Assembly: GCA_032128375.1 (NCBI GenBank)
Contig: JAQBGU010000099.1
Location: forward strand, 1 to 64,000
DNA length: 64,000 nucleotides
DNA from: Deltaproteobacteria bacterium
GTDB lineage: Bacteria > Myxococcota_A > UBA9160 > SMWR01
Direction of reading: 5' to 3'
The position numbers and the translations under genes were made by a program. Below the pieces are notes generated by a model. The model was not told where the DNA came from, did not search any database, and worked only from the letters and a program-made list of their open reading frames with translations. Positions 49,921 to 60,807 of this stretch are shown here, piece after piece. Positions within the stretch are counted from its first letter, which is position 1, and the number at the start of each line of letters is the position of its first letter.

Positions 49921-51081
49921 ATGCGAATCCGGGTCGCTACATTGAATGTGTGGGCGCTGCCCCCTCCATTCGGCGAGCACGTGTCCGAGCGAATGGCGGC
50001 GATTGGCCGCCACATTCGCGACTTCGAAGCCGATCTCGTCTCGCTCCAGGAAGTCTGGACAACCAGTGCGCGAGAAACCCTGATCGCCGCCGGTCAGACG
50101 GCGGGTATGGCACACAGCTGGCACAATGTAGCGTCGCTCGGGGGCAGCGGCCTGTTGGTCCTTTCGCGCTTTCCGATCGATAGCGCTCAGTTCGAACGCT
50201 ATTCGCTGCGCGGCCTTCCGGAGGAAGTTGGCGGAGACTTCTACGGAGGAAAGGGTTTCGTGCGCCTGCTCATCGGAACCGCGAACGGGCCGATCGCGCT
50301 GCTCAATACCCATCTGCAAGCCCGCTATCCGAAGCGCGTCCAGCACGAGTACCTCGCCCTCCGGACCGGCCAGATCGTCCAACTCGCCGTTGGAACGCTG
50401 CACCTGGAAATCCCCGTGATTGCAACTGGCGACTTCAACTTCAACGAAACCGATTCAGGGCACCGCGTGCTGACCGGTCTGACCGGTTTTCGTGATCTTG
50501 CGGCGGAATCCAACCAGCGACAACCGACGGTATATCGGCAGAACGCGTACCGTCGCGGACGCAGCAAGCCCGACAAACGCATCGACTATGTATTCGCACG
50601 AAACGGCTCGGCGCACGCAGTGCGGACGCGCTGGATCAGGCGCATCTTTGATCAAGCAGTCGAAATCGACGGAAGGCCGGCCAGCTATTCGAACCACGCG
50701 GGCCTGCTCGCCGACCTCGAGATCATCCCCGAATTGGGTAGCGGGCCTGGCCTCCCCAACGCCGACGCGGTTGCCCTGGCGCGAACACTACTCGCGCAGG
50801 GCCGTGACGAAGCCCGAATTCGGCAGCAGGGTCAACGAAGCTGGGCCACCGTGGGCGTCGCTGGCGCGGTCGCGGCACGTGCCGGCGTCCGCGGCCTGTC
50901 GACAACGAGACGGCGATTCTTGCGCCAAGCGCTGCGAGGCTCGGCGTTGCTCTCGCTTACGCCAGCCGTGGGTCTATCGATCTTGTCCGAGTTTTTCGTG
51001 CCGGACGAGTTGCGCGCTTTCGACGACCTGACCGCCAAGCTCGCGCGCGTCGAATTTCCCGCGACTAGCTCAATCGCCTAG
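49921..51081 (+). CDS. Second EEP-family sphingomyelinase-like paralog
   Basis: LNVWA, QEVW, DFYGGKG, NTHLQARY, GDFN, RIDY, SNH in place of SDH. Confidence 0.85.
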   Translation: MRIRVATLNVWALPPPFGEHVSERMAAIGRHIRDFEADLVSLQEVWTTSARETLIAAGQTAGMAHSWHNVASLGGSGLLVLSRFPIDSAQFERYSLRGLPEEVGGDFYGGKGFVRLLIGTANGPIALLNTHLQARYPKRVQHEYLALRTGQIVQLAVGTLHLEIPVIATGDFNFNETDSGHRVLTGLTGFRDLAAESNQRQPTVYRQNAYRRGRSKPDKRIDYVFARNGSAHAVRTRWIRRIFDQAVEIDGRPASYSNHAGLLADLEIIPELGSGPGLPNADAVALARTLLAQGRDEARIRQQGQRSWATVGVAGAVAARAGVRGLSTTRRRFLRQALRGSALLSLTPAVGLSILSEFFVPDELRAFDDLTAKLARVEFPATSSIA

Positions 51082-51314
51082 AGGACAAGCGCTCTGCGGC
51101 AGTGACTCGCCCGCTACCAGTGCACCCGAAGCGACGTCAACCCCCGCAGGATCGGATGCCCGCGGAATTCGACTTCCGCCTCGCCGAGCTTCATCTGCGG
51201 GAAACGCGCGAGCGTCGACCGATTGCCGCTCACCGGCTGCTTGGTCATCATGAGCACACACTGTGCAGCGCCAATTTCGACGCAGCGCCCGCGCTATGGG
51301 CCGAACGGACAATC

Positions 51315-51788
51315 GTGAATACTGAGGTCCACGTCGTCCAGTGCACCGCGGGTACGGAACTCGCGACTTGCTACGAGATCCGCCGGGTCGTGTTCGTGGA
51401 CGAACAAGGCGTTTCGCGCGAAGAGGAGTTCGACGATCTCGACTCAGCCTGCCTGCACTTCCTCGCCTACCTGGATGGAGTAGCCGTCGGTACCGCTCGC
51501 ATGCACCCTCGACTGGATGCCGGCAAGGCCCAGCGCGTCGCCGTACTTGTCCAAGCGCGCCGCAGTGGTGTCGGCGCCGAATTGATGCTCGCAATCGAAG
51601 CCGAAGCGCAAAGGCGCGGTCTTCCCCAAGTCGTCTTGCACGCGCAGACATCGGCGATTCCGTTCTACGAGTCGATCGGATATCGCGCTGAGGGCGCAGA
51701 ATTTTCCGAAGCGGATATCCCCCATCGGCTCATGAGAAAGGCGCTGGCTCGGCATCGCTCCGGCGCCGGACCCACACCCACAGCGTGA
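51315..51788 (+). CDS. GNAT acetyltransferase (YjcF/ElaA-like)
   Basis: IRRVVFVDEQGV..EEFD, RRSGVG, LHAQ...FYE..GY, EADIPH. Confidence 0.88.
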   Translation: MNTEVHVVQCTAGTELATCYEIRRVVFVDEQGVSREEEFDDLDSACLHFLAYLDGVAVGTARMHPRLDAGKAQRVAVLVQARRSGVGAELMLAIEAEAQRRGLPQVVLHAQTSAIPFYESIGYRAEGAEFSEADIPHRLMRKALARHRSGAGPTPTA

Positions 51789-53310
51789 GGATCGCGACCA
51801 GCGTGGTGAACACGATGACGCTGACCACCGCGTAGCGAAGATCGAGTGCTTCGCGGACCGCCGGCAGCCAACCGGTGAGGACGACGGCCGCCATTCCTGT
51901 CGCGAGTAGCTCCATGACTCGCCGATCCTCTCGGAACATCAGAGGCACGAGTGCGAGCAGACAGAAGTAATAGTGTGAGACGGTGAGCACCGCGAACATC
52001 ACAACGATTCCCAGAAAGATCCCCTCGACATCGCGAGACCGCCGTGCGAAGACGAAGCTTACGAGTGCCAGCACCCCGAGCGCGGCGTAATAGTAGGGCC
52101 GCCGGGCTTCGAAGGTACGACTGGTTGCGGCCAGCCAGTCGAGGGCCTCGCCGCGGGCCGCAGCCGCCAAAACGGCGCTGACATTGTGCTCGGCGCGGTA
52201 CAGAAACGGAAACCGCAACGAAACACCGTTGGGCGCCACAAGCGCATTGCGCGACGACACGACCTCGATCTGTTCGAGCCAGGGGTTGGCTGCGCCGGGT
52301 GTGGAAAGGAACGAGGTCGCAACGAGCAGCAACCCCGCGGTCGCCGCGGTCGTTGCGTATAGCGCTCGGTTTCGACGCAATCGCTGGCGCCGTGCCGGGT
52401 GCAGCACGTCGCAAGTAAGCAGCGCGAACGGGAAGAGCACGGGAAAGATCCGAAACAGCGACGCGACGGCGAGCCCGACGCCACTGGCGACGAGCCAGCC
52501 CCGCCGATAAAACGCAATCCCCAACGCAAGCGCGACGAAATAGTTGTATCGAAGGAAGGCACCGCCCGTAAAGTCGTAGTCGTTGAGCGGATTCGCAAAC
52601 CAGAAGAACAGGAACACGAGCCCCGCGTACCTCCCCAACAGCGCTCCGATGCAAGCCCCGGTCGCCAGCACCAGCACGAGATCGAACCAGACCGCGGTGG
52701 CGAGAAAGGCCGCTGTCCCTCCAGGGTTCCAGTTTGCCAGCGTGCCGAGTACGGCAGTGGTCAGCGGAGTTCCGTTGTAGCCATGATCACGCTGGATCTC
52801 CGAGCTGTGCCAGCGCGCGGGGTCAGCCCTGCGAAAGAACATCAGGTCGGACTTGAAATCTCGCCAGCGAGTTCGAGAGAAGCGGCCCACAATCTCTGCT
52901 CGCCGCTTCAACACGGTCATTCTCGGGAACTCATGCCCGGTGTCGCGCAAATCTCGAATCGGCATCAACGGTCGAAATCGCTCGGGGTCGTCCTCGAAAT
53001 CGGCGATCACGGTCGCCTCGTAGAGACCTTCCTGGCCGAGTTCAGCGAAATATTTCGTCCCCACATAATAGTGGTAGACGTCTGCGTGATGGATATGAAC
53101 CCTCCCGGTCCCCGGGTGGACACGCACCCCCCCGACGTAGGCCAGCAGCCCGACGCCAACCAACACACCGACGACCGCCCCAAAGCGGCGATCCAGGGCC
53201 GACCATCGGGCACGACACAGCGCCGCGGCGACAAAGACCCCCAGCAACCCGACCCGTATCACCGCCCCGTCGTATCCGTCCATTGTGCACACGATAGCGC
53301 TCGGCCTCAT
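51730..53310 (-). CDS. Polytopic membrane protein, GT-C glycosyltransferase-like (start uncertain)
   Basis: Many TMs, HYYVGTKYF.ELG loop, FRIFP, SHYYF. Confidence 0.65.
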   Translation of the reverse strand: MRPSAIVCTMDGYDGAVIRVGLLGVFVAAALCRARWSALDRRFGAVVGVLVGVGLLAYVGGVRVHPGTGRVHIHHADVYHYYVGTKYFAELGQEGLYEATVIADFEDDPERFRPLMPIRDLRDTGHEFPRMTVLKRRAEIVGRFSRTRWRDFKSDLMFFRRADPARWHSSEIQRDHGYNGTPLTTAVLGTLANWNPGGTAAFLATAVWFDLVLVLATGACIGALLGRYAGLVFLFFWFANPLNDYDFTGGAFLRYNYFVALALGIAFYRRGWLVASGVGLAVASLFRIFPVLFPFALLTCDVLHPARRQRLRRNRALYATTAATAGLLLVATSFLSTPGAANPWLEQIEVVSSRNALVAPNGVSLRFPFLYRAEHNVSAVLAAAARGEALDWLAATSRTFEARRPYYYAALGVLALVSFVFARRSRDVEGIFLGIVVMFAVLTVSHYYFCLLALVPLMFREDRRVMELLATGMAAVVLTGWLPAVREALDLRYAVVSVIVFTTLVAILTLWVWVRRRSDAEPAPFS

Positions 53311-53375
53311 CGTGTTCTGCGCTTGAAGAGACGTCCGCGACAAAAGACAACTCCAGTGGGCTACGTTTCGATGTG

Positions 53376-55132
53376 ATGTCCCGAGTGGTTGCGGATTCGG
53401 ATCCCCGTGGGTCGAACGCCGCGTGGATCACATTCGCCGGACTCGCTGCAATCGCGTCCTATGCATGCTTTCGCGCCGTGTAGCTTGCGTGGCTGTGCGA
53501 CGACGCGTTCATCTCGATTCGCTATGCCGACAATCTCGCCAACGGGCTCGGACTCGTCTACAACGCCGGCGAGCGCGTGGAGGGCTACACCAACCTGCTC
53601 TGGACCTTGATGCTCGCCGCAGCGACCCGCGCGGGTCTGTCTGCTGTTGCGACGGCCCAATACCTCGGAATCGTCTGGTATGTGGCGCTCGCCGTGTCTC
53701 TGACCTACCGCAGCTGGCGTCGTGCCGATTCGGGCCGGCCCTTCATACCGCTCGCAGCTGGCATCGTACTCGTATCCGAGGATTTCCAGGTTTGGGCGAG
53801 CGGGGGACTCGAGACATCACTGTTCGCGTGGCTCAGCGTTCAAGCGCTGATGCTCACTCGCGAGCCCCGCGAGCGCGCTCCGCGATGGCCGGGATCTTGT
53901 TCGCGCTGCTGGTCATGACGCGTCCAGACGGCTTGTTGTTCGCGGCTGCCGGCGCACTTTCGTTCTGGTTTCCGCGTGACCCGCTGCCTCGAGCCGAACG
54001 CATTCGTTTCTCCCTCACGCTGGCGACTCCGGTCCTCGTGCTCCTTGCCATCGGCATCCCGGCCAAACTCAGCTACTACGGCGACTTCCTTCCGACCGCG
54101 TTCTACTCGAAGTCGGTCCTCGAACCGTACTTTTCCCAGGGGCTGTGGTATCTGGGATTGTACCTCTGGAAAAACTGGTTCCTCATCGCGGCCGCGATCC
54201 TCGGCGTCGTCGCCGGCAAGCAGACAGCCACCCATCGGACCGAAGAGGGGACGCGCGACGGACGCTTCTACCTGGCGACGGCCGCGGCGTTCGGGCTTTA
54301 CCTGGTCGACGTCGGGGGTGATTTCATGTTCGCCCGCCGCTTGATTCCCATCGTCCCTCTGGTTCTGATCGCGATCGAAGATCGGATCAATTCGCTGCCG
54401 AGCAGCCGCCTGCGCTCGGTCGCCGCGCTCGGTCTGCTCGTCGGGCAGCCCTGCCCTTCCCGCTCTACGCCGATACCGCCGGAGCCATCCACGGTGTGTA
54501 CGATGAACGCCTCTCCTACCCGACCGAAACCCTCGCTGTTCGCGAACAACAAGCGGTGGCTGTCGGGCGCGCACTGGCCGGAGTGCCTGTGCGCGTCGCA
54601 TTCGAGGGCGGGATGTGCATGTGGGGATACTTCAGTCGGCTTCCCTACCTCGCGGAGATGACGGGCCTCACCCAGTACTCGCTCGCGAAGCGCACGTTGA
54701 CCGAGCGCGGTGCCATCGGGCACGAGAAATCGCCCTCTCCCGAGTGGTTCGCCGACAGCCGCATCCATCTGCTGATCAAACGAGAGCTTCCGCCGCTTTC
54801 CCGAGTTCCGACGGAGACTGTCGACGAGATTCTCTTCGGCAACCTCGTTCGCGGCCAGTTGTTGGTCTATGCGGACGAGGTCATGGACCCGCTGCTCGGT
54901 CGCGCGGACGTATCATTCACACCGATCGAAAAAGTCATCGCGCGCGCAGAAGCGCTGATCGAGAACAGTTCCATCGCACAGGCGGAGCCCATCTACGCCC
55001 AGCTCGATCGCTACTACTTCCGCTCGGCGGGAGACCGCGGACGCGAGCCCGCCGCGCGGCTGCGGGAAGATCATCGAGCGCAAACGCGTCGCAGAGCCCT
55101 TGCCTGGAATCCGCAGTGCTCCGTCTCATTGA
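53376..55132 (+). pseudogene. AftB-like GT-C membrane glycosyltransferase, disrupted
   Basis: WLCDDAFISIRYADNL..G.G.VYN.GERVEGYTN, GLET, TRPDG, GGDFM..R; in-frame TAG at 53481-53483 and frameshifts near 53880, 54450 and probably 55068. Confidence 0.7.
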
Positions 55133-56956
55133 GTACGCCGGCGCACTGGCCTGCCTGGCGCTCGCGCTCTGGCTACCCGGCCGGGCCTTCGTCGCGGCCG
55201 GAAAGGTCACGGCGCCGCAGGGGCTATCGAGGCTGACGGAGATCGTTGTCGGAGTTTCGATGTGGACCGCGGCGATCTTCATGCTGAGTGCGCTGGGCGG
55301 CTGGAATGATGCGTCTTTGAAGGCGCTGCTGCTCTGCGCAATTCTGATGTGGATCTGGGCGCGGCCGCGCAATCCGCGCTTGCGGGCCCCCTCGTGCCAC
55401 GGGGCAGACCCGTTCGTGCGTACACTCAACGGAACCCTGCTCGTGTCGCTCTCGGCGATCTGGCTGCACGCTCTTTCGCCCGGCGTTTCCTGGGACGCGA
55501 GTGCCTACCACCTGACCGTACCGCGACTCTACAACGAGGCGGGTGGATTCCGCGCTGTCGCGATGAACGTCTACTCGAATTGGCCGATCGGGACCGAGCT
55601 ATTGTTTTCGGCCGCGATGCTGGGCAAGGATTACGTGCTCGCGAAGCTCGTGCACTTCGGGTTCGGGGCCCTCACACTCGCTGCCATCGCGCTGGCATGT
55701 CGACCGTACCGGGCCGAAACCAGCGCTGTGGGCTGCGCGCTGTGGATGGCGAGCCCTGTAGTGCTCTTCGAGTTCTCGATCGCATACATCGACCTGGCAG
55801 AAGCCTTCTTCTTGACAGCCGCCGTGGTGTTCATGCTGCGCGCCAAGGCTCGGCCACACGAAGCCTCGTCCGCGTTGTTCCTGTCCGGGCTTTGCTGCGC
55901 CGGTGTCATCGGCTGCAAAGTCTCTGGCGTCGCGGCTGCGGGGGCGGTCGGAGTACTCTACCTTCCCGAGGTCATTGGCTCGATTCGAACAGGCCGCACC
56001 CGTGCAAGCTTGACCCAGTTCGGACGAAGCTTCGCAGTGCCGGTCCTCGCACTATCGACCCCGTGGTTGATGAAGGCCGCTTGGTACACCGGCAATCCGT
56101 TCTACCCGTTCCTCTTCGACTCATTTGGCGGGCCCGATTGGAGCGCGATGCTCGGCGCGCGCTTCGATGCCTGGCAGCAAGGGCTCGGAATGGGGCGCGA
56201 GGCGCTCGACTATCTGCTGCTACCGGTGCGGGTGATGCTGCACACCGGCAATGGTCCAGAATCGTTTGGAGACGAGATCGGGCGGCACTGGCTGGCAGTG
56301 GTCCCGTTTTCGATTGCGTTCGGGCTGCGAAACCCCGTCGTTCGCGGGTGCCTCGCGGTATCTGGTGTGTTCTTCGTGTTCTGGAGCCTATCCGCACAGA
56401 ACGCCCGCTTCCTGATCCCGATTCTGCCATTGCTGGCAACGGCGCGGTTGCGTTGGCTGAGACGCTGGAGCGATTCGCGGGCTCGGCGAAGCAGCGCTTG
56501 ATTCGCAACGCGGCACTTGCCGTCTGCACCGCCACTGTGATGTGGGTTCATCTTGACTCGTGGACAGACGGCTTCAAGTTCGCCGTCCTGTACCAGATGC
56601 GAATGCCCGAATTGGAACAAGCGGCGATCGACCCCGTCTATGCCTTCATCGATCGAGAACTGCCTCTCGATGCCCACCTGCTGATGTTGAACACCAACCA
56701 GGGTTTCTATTGTCGCCGAGAGTTTCTCGCCGACAGCTTCTTCGAAGCTTCACAGATTGCAGCATGGCTGGGTTCGGGGTCGAGTCGCGACGAAGTAATG
56801 ACGCGGCTCAGAACCCGGGGCATCTCCCATGTGCTCCGCTTCGACCAGGATTGGGGGTTCGAGTATCCCCCGGCCCTTCGCGAGCTGCTCGACGATGAGC
56901 AAGCGGCGAAGCGCGTATACCACCGGGGTGAATTCGAAATCTTCGCGCTGCGCTGA
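55116..56956 (+). pseudogene. GT-C (ArnT/PMT-like) membrane glycosyltransferase with one frameshift near 56440
   Basis: WDASAYHL.VP..Y, YID, TGNPFYP, RFLIP; C-terminal domain continues in another frame. Confidence 0.65.
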
Positions 56957-56983
56957 GCGGCGAAGCGATAGTCGGGGGTCCGA

Positions 56984-57430
56984 TCAGACCGTTGGGCTGC
57001 CAGTTCTGCGCGCCGGATCGATCGGACTCATCAACCCTACATGATTTCCGTCGGGATCCTCGACAATCGCGTAGCGCGCCCCCCAGAAGGCATCATGGGG
57101 CGGCTGAAGGCCTGTGTGGCCAGCACCGGTCAACCTGGCGTAGCGCGCGTCAACCGCGTCCCGCGAGTCCACCGAGAAGCCAATCACACTGCGACTGCCG
57201 CCCTGTGCTTCCTTGTATCCGGCGTTGTAACTCTTCGCTAGCGGCACAGAGTCGAAATCAAGGCCGAAACCGTTGGGCAACGACAGGACGACATGATGAG
57301 CGCCGCTATCCGTCCGCCATACGGCGGAATCCGGAATGTCCAAGCCGAGCTGGCGATAGAACGCCAGCGTAGCGTCCATATCGCGAACGATCAGGTTCAG
57401 CCCGCTCAGCACCGGCGCCGCGTCTGCCAT
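56984..57430 (-). CDS. VOC/glyoxalase-family protein
   Basis: LIVRDMDATLAFYR.LG, PHDAFWGARYAIVEDPDGN. Confidence 0.92.
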   Translation of the reverse strand: MADAAPVLSGLNLIVRDMDATLAFYRQLGLDIPDSAVWRTDSGAHHVVLSLPNGFGLDFDSVPLAKSYNAGYKEAQGGSRSVIGFSVDSRDAVDARYARLTGAGHTGLQPPHDAFWGARYAIVEDPDGNHVGLMSPIDPARRTGSPTV

Positions 57431-57467
57431 TCGATCAACTCCCTGTTACCGGAATGATTGGAATTGT

Positions 57468-57899
57468 CTATCGAGAATTCCAGATGTCACGGTGCAACTT
57501 CCATACTCCCATCACACGCTTCCAGACGACAAGATAGCGAGCGTCGGTGGTCTGGTCGTCGCTGGCGACGATCCTCACCGCGCCAACCTCGTACGCCAGA
57601 TCGCCCTCCGATTCGATCGACACAATTTTGAGCGAGAAATCCTTGATCCCCGCGTCGATGCCCCCCTGCCAGAACGTGACGATCGCCGGGCGACCGCTCA
57701 CCAGCTTGGCACCCGGAGGAAATACCAGCGCGTCCTGTGAATACAGCTCGCCCACTGCCTCGGCGTTTCCTGCAAGCATGGCGACGGTGAAGGCCTGGTT
57801 CTGTGATTCAATCTCATTGCGAATATCATCGGCCGAAGCCGGCGTCGCGAGCAACAGTGAGACCAGTGCGATGATCCACAACCCGCCGGTTCTGTTCAT
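57468..57899 (-). CDS. Exported SnoaL/DUF4440 (NTF2-like) protein
   Basis: Signal peptide; LYSQDA..PPG, GDLAYEVG, YLVVWKR..G.WKLHRDIWN. Confidence 0.88.
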   Translation of the reverse strand: MNRTGGLWIIALVSLLLATPASADDIRNEIESQNQAFTVAMLAGNAEAVGELYSQDALVFPPGAKLVSGRPAIVTFWQGGIDAGIKDFSLKIVSIESEGDLAYEVGAVRIVASDDQTTDARYLVVWKRVMGVWKLHRDIWNSR

Positions 57900-58031
57900 A
57901 TGTAAGCCTCTGCTCGCTCCCCGGATGAGCGTCGCAATCGGGTGAATGCCTGGGCTCCCGGGTGCCGCGGACCCGCTTGTAACAAACTCACTCTACCAGC
58001 TATCCGAGTCAGCAGAGCTGACGAAGAAATA

Positions 58032-58065
58032 TTCCCTGAGCCTTTCCCTGAGCCTTCCCCTGAGC
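58032..58065. repeat. 12-bp tandem repeat (TTCCCTGAGCCT, about 3 units)
   Basis: Intergenic between divergent genes. Confidence 0.7.
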
Positions 58066-58138
58066 GCCGGATCGACATCCATGAACGCGTTCCGCGGTCG
58101 TCGCCTGGGTATACTCCTGCGGGTCAGAGGAGACTCGA

Positions 58139-58606
58139 ATGGATCCGAAGCTAGCATTTTGGACTGCTGCACTGGTGAACCTGTTCGTCATCGTGGTTCT
58201 GGTGAGCGTGGGAATCTTCCATATCCGGCAAGGTCGGGTCGCGATTCACCGCCGCTGCATGAAAATTTCCGCGTCGTTGGTGGCGGGATTTCTCGGTTCT
58301 TATGTGTTGAAGCTGACGTTTCTGGGGCGTGAGCAACTTTCGGTCTGGAGTTCGGGGGCCGTTTCGAACCTGCGCCTTCACGAAGTGTGTGTGTTGACGA
58401 TGGTCGTCGCGGGATCGGTGGCGCTGTTCCGCGCCAGGCAAATGCGGGCCACCCGCAACGTCACACACGCTCCAGATGACCCGATCGCGCCCGAGGCCAC
58501 CGTTCGCTGGCACCACCGGGCCGGATGGTCAGCCGCCGTTGGCGCGGGCCTCGGCTTCGCGACTGCAGTTTTCGTGTTGGCCGGAATGTTCCAACGGGCG
58601 CATTGA
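58139..58606 (+). CDS. DUF420-family membrane protein
   Basis: TMs with HRRCM, FLGSY, HHRAG. Confidence 0.7.
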   Translation: MDPKLAFWTAALVNLFVIVVLVSVGIFHIRQGRVAIHRRCMKISASLVAGFLGSYVLKLTFLGREQLSVWSSGAVSNLRLHEVCVLTMVVAGSVALFRARQMRATRNVTHAPDDPIAPEATVRWHHRAGWSAAVGAGLGFATAVFVLAGMFQRAH

Positions 58607-58616
58607 ATGGTTGATC

Positions 58617-59765
58617 ATGCGGACCTTTGATTTCATCGTCGTCGGAGCCGGAATCGCCGGCACATCGGCGGCATACGAACTCCAAGCGCGCGGCCGGACA
58701 CTCCTTCTCGAGCGCGAGCCACTGCCGGGCCACCACACGACCGGTCGCTCCGCCGCGTTTCTGGTCGAGAGCTACGGAAACCGGGTCGTCCAGCTACTGA
58801 CCCGCGGCGGGCGCGAATTCCTCGAGAAACCGCCCGAAGGCTTTTCCTCGCATCCGCTACTCGAGCCCCGCGCGGTGCTTTGGATTGCCCGACCGGACCA
58901 GGCCGAGCGTCTGATCGACGCTACGAACCGCGCCGTGGCAGCGGGTTCAAGACTCGACCGCATCGATCTCGCAGACGCCCACGACCTATGTCCGGTGTTG
59001 CGAAAGGGTTACGCGAGCGCGGCGGTCGTAGAACCAGATGCGCGGCATATCGACGTTGCCGGCCTGCTCGACGCGTACCTGCGCGGCTTTCGTGCCAGAG
59101 GCGGGACGCTCGACACGCGAGCCGAAGTCCGCCAACTGCAACGCCACCAGGGGACCTGGGAAGTCTGCGTTGGTGAGCAGCGCTACAACGCCGCTGTAGT
59201 CGTCAATGCCGCCGGCGCTTGGGCCGAGCAGATCGGCCAGCTCGCCGGCGCTGTGTCGATCGGGCTCGAACCGATGCGCCGCACCGCCATCACTTTCGAT
59301 CCGCCACCAGGCGTCGAGATCGACCGATGGCCGTGCCTCATGGATGCCGACGAGGCATTCTACTTGAAGCCCGAAGGCGCGCAGCTGTTGGCATCACCGT
59401 GCGACGAAACGCCCTTTCCACCATGCGACGTCACGCCGGACGATTTCGAGGTTGCGCTCGCGGCCGAACGCGTGATGGCCGCGACAACGCTAGAGCTGCG
59501 ACACATCCGCAGACGGTGGGCCGGACTGCGCAGTTTCGTTGCCGACCGTGCACCCGTAATCGGACCGGATCCAGTTCGTGAGGGATTCTTCTGGCTCGCC
59601 GGCCAAGGCGGATTTGGAATCATGACATCGTCTTCCGCCGCGCGAAGTGCCGCCGGCCTGATCGTGGATGGAGCGCTACCGCCCGATCTCCGGCTGCTCG
59701 GACTTTCGGCGGAAGACCTCAGTCCCGCCCGCGACGGGATCGGGTGCGCCGAACCGGCCGCTTGA
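58617..59765 (+). CDS. FAD-dependent oxidoreductase (DAO/DadA family)
   Basis: VVGAGIAG, TGRSAA, VNAAGAWA, WAGLR, GQGGFGI. Confidence 0.92.
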   Translation: MRTFDFIVVGAGIAGTSAAYELQARGRTLLLEREPLPGHHTTGRSAAFLVESYGNRVVQLLTRGGREFLEKPPEGFSSHPLLEPRAVLWIARPDQAERLIDATNRAVAAGSRLDRIDLADAHDLCPVLRKGYASAAVVEPDARHIDVAGLLDAYLRGFRARGGTLDTRAEVRQLQRHQGTWEVCVGEQRYNAAVVVNAAGAWAEQIGQLAGAVSIGLEPMRRTAITFDPPPGVEIDRWPCLMDADEAFYLKPEGAQLLASPCDETPFPPCDVTPDDFEVALAAERVMAATTLELRHIRRRWAGLRSFVADRAPVIGPDPVREGFFWLAGQGGFGIMTSSSAARSAAGLIVDGALPPDLRLLGLSAEDLSPARDGIGCAEPAA

Positions 59766-59888
59766 CTCGGAGGTGCCGAACTTCGGAATTCGGCGGCATC
59801 GGGCTGCCAGCCGGATGGAACGAGAGCCCGACCAAGATGGGTCGGGCGACGACGTAGAGGCATTCGCCGCGCTGCGGCGAACGCGCAA

Positions 59889-60013
59889 CTAGTGGCACAT
59901 CCGGAAAGTTCTGGTACATGCTGACAAAGGGATCACCGTCGCGTTGTCCGACGGAGAAGAGCGTTCTGTCGGCTTCAATCATGGGTACCGAAACTTGGCG
60001 GGTGTTGCACTAG
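59889..60013. mobile_element. 125-bp MITE, copy 2
   Basis: Identical to 24311-24435, same orientation, CTAG at both ends. Confidence 0.88.
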
Positions 60014-60807
60014 TTTCCATCGAGCGACGCAAAATCCGGTTGCCGACGCTCGCGAAACGCCGCGATCGCCTCTCGATTCGCCGGGCCCCGGACGAGTTTT
60101 CCAAACGTTACGCTCTCCCGATCCCGCGCATCGCGCACCGCAGCCAGGCGGGCGTCGAGCAACAGCCTCTTCGTACCCATGAGCGATGCGATCGGCATCT
60201 TCGCCATCTGGTCGGCCAGCGCGAGCGCTGCGCCGAGCAATTCGTCCGCTGGAAACACGCGCCACGCGAGTCCCACATCGACGGCCTCGCGCGCGTCCAA
60301 CCACCCGGCGGTGTACAGCAAGTGAGCGGTCTGTTGCCACCCGATCGCCGCCGGCAGCAGGTGCGTACTGCCGGCCTCGGCGGTGACACCCAAGCTCACG
60401 AACGGCGCGCGCAACTTCGCGCCCTCGGCGATCAGCACCAGATCGCAATGCGGGAGCATTGTCAGCCCGATCCCCACCCCGAGCCCGTTGACCGCAGCCA
60501 ACAGCGGTTTCGGAAATGCCTCGAGTGTCTCGATAAAGGGAACGAACCCGTGACGCTCGCCCTCGGGATGGCGCGTCGGCTTCTCCAACTCGCCGAGGTC
60601 CTGGCCCGCCGTGAAAGCGCGCCCCGCACCCGTCAGCACAACGACCGCGACCTGCGGATCATTGGCAGCATCGCGCAGCGCCTCGCCAACCGCATCGTAC
60701 AGAGCGTCATTGAATGCGTTGAGTGCGTCGGGCCGGTTGAATGTCAGCAGCAAGACGCGACCGCGTCTTTCGATCCGCAACGGTTGTTTCTCGTCGCATT
60801 CGCTCAT
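60010..60807 (-). CDS. Enoyl-CoA hydratase/isomerase
   Basis: NRPDALNA, AFTAGQDL, AAVNGLGVGIG, AEAGS. Confidence 0.92.
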   Translation of the reverse strand: MSECDEKQPLRIERRGRVLLLTFNRPDALNAFNDALYDAVGEALRDAANDPQVAVVVLTGAGRAFTAGQDLGELEKPTRHPEGERHGFVPFIETLEAFPKPLLAAVNGLGVGIGLTMLPHCDLVLIAEGAKLRAPFVSLGVTAEAGSTHLLPAAIGWQQTAHLLYTAGWLDAREAVDVGLAWRVFPADELLGAALALADQMAKMPIASLMGTKRLLLDARLAAVRDARDRESVTFGKLVRGPANREAIAAFRERRQPDFASLDGN

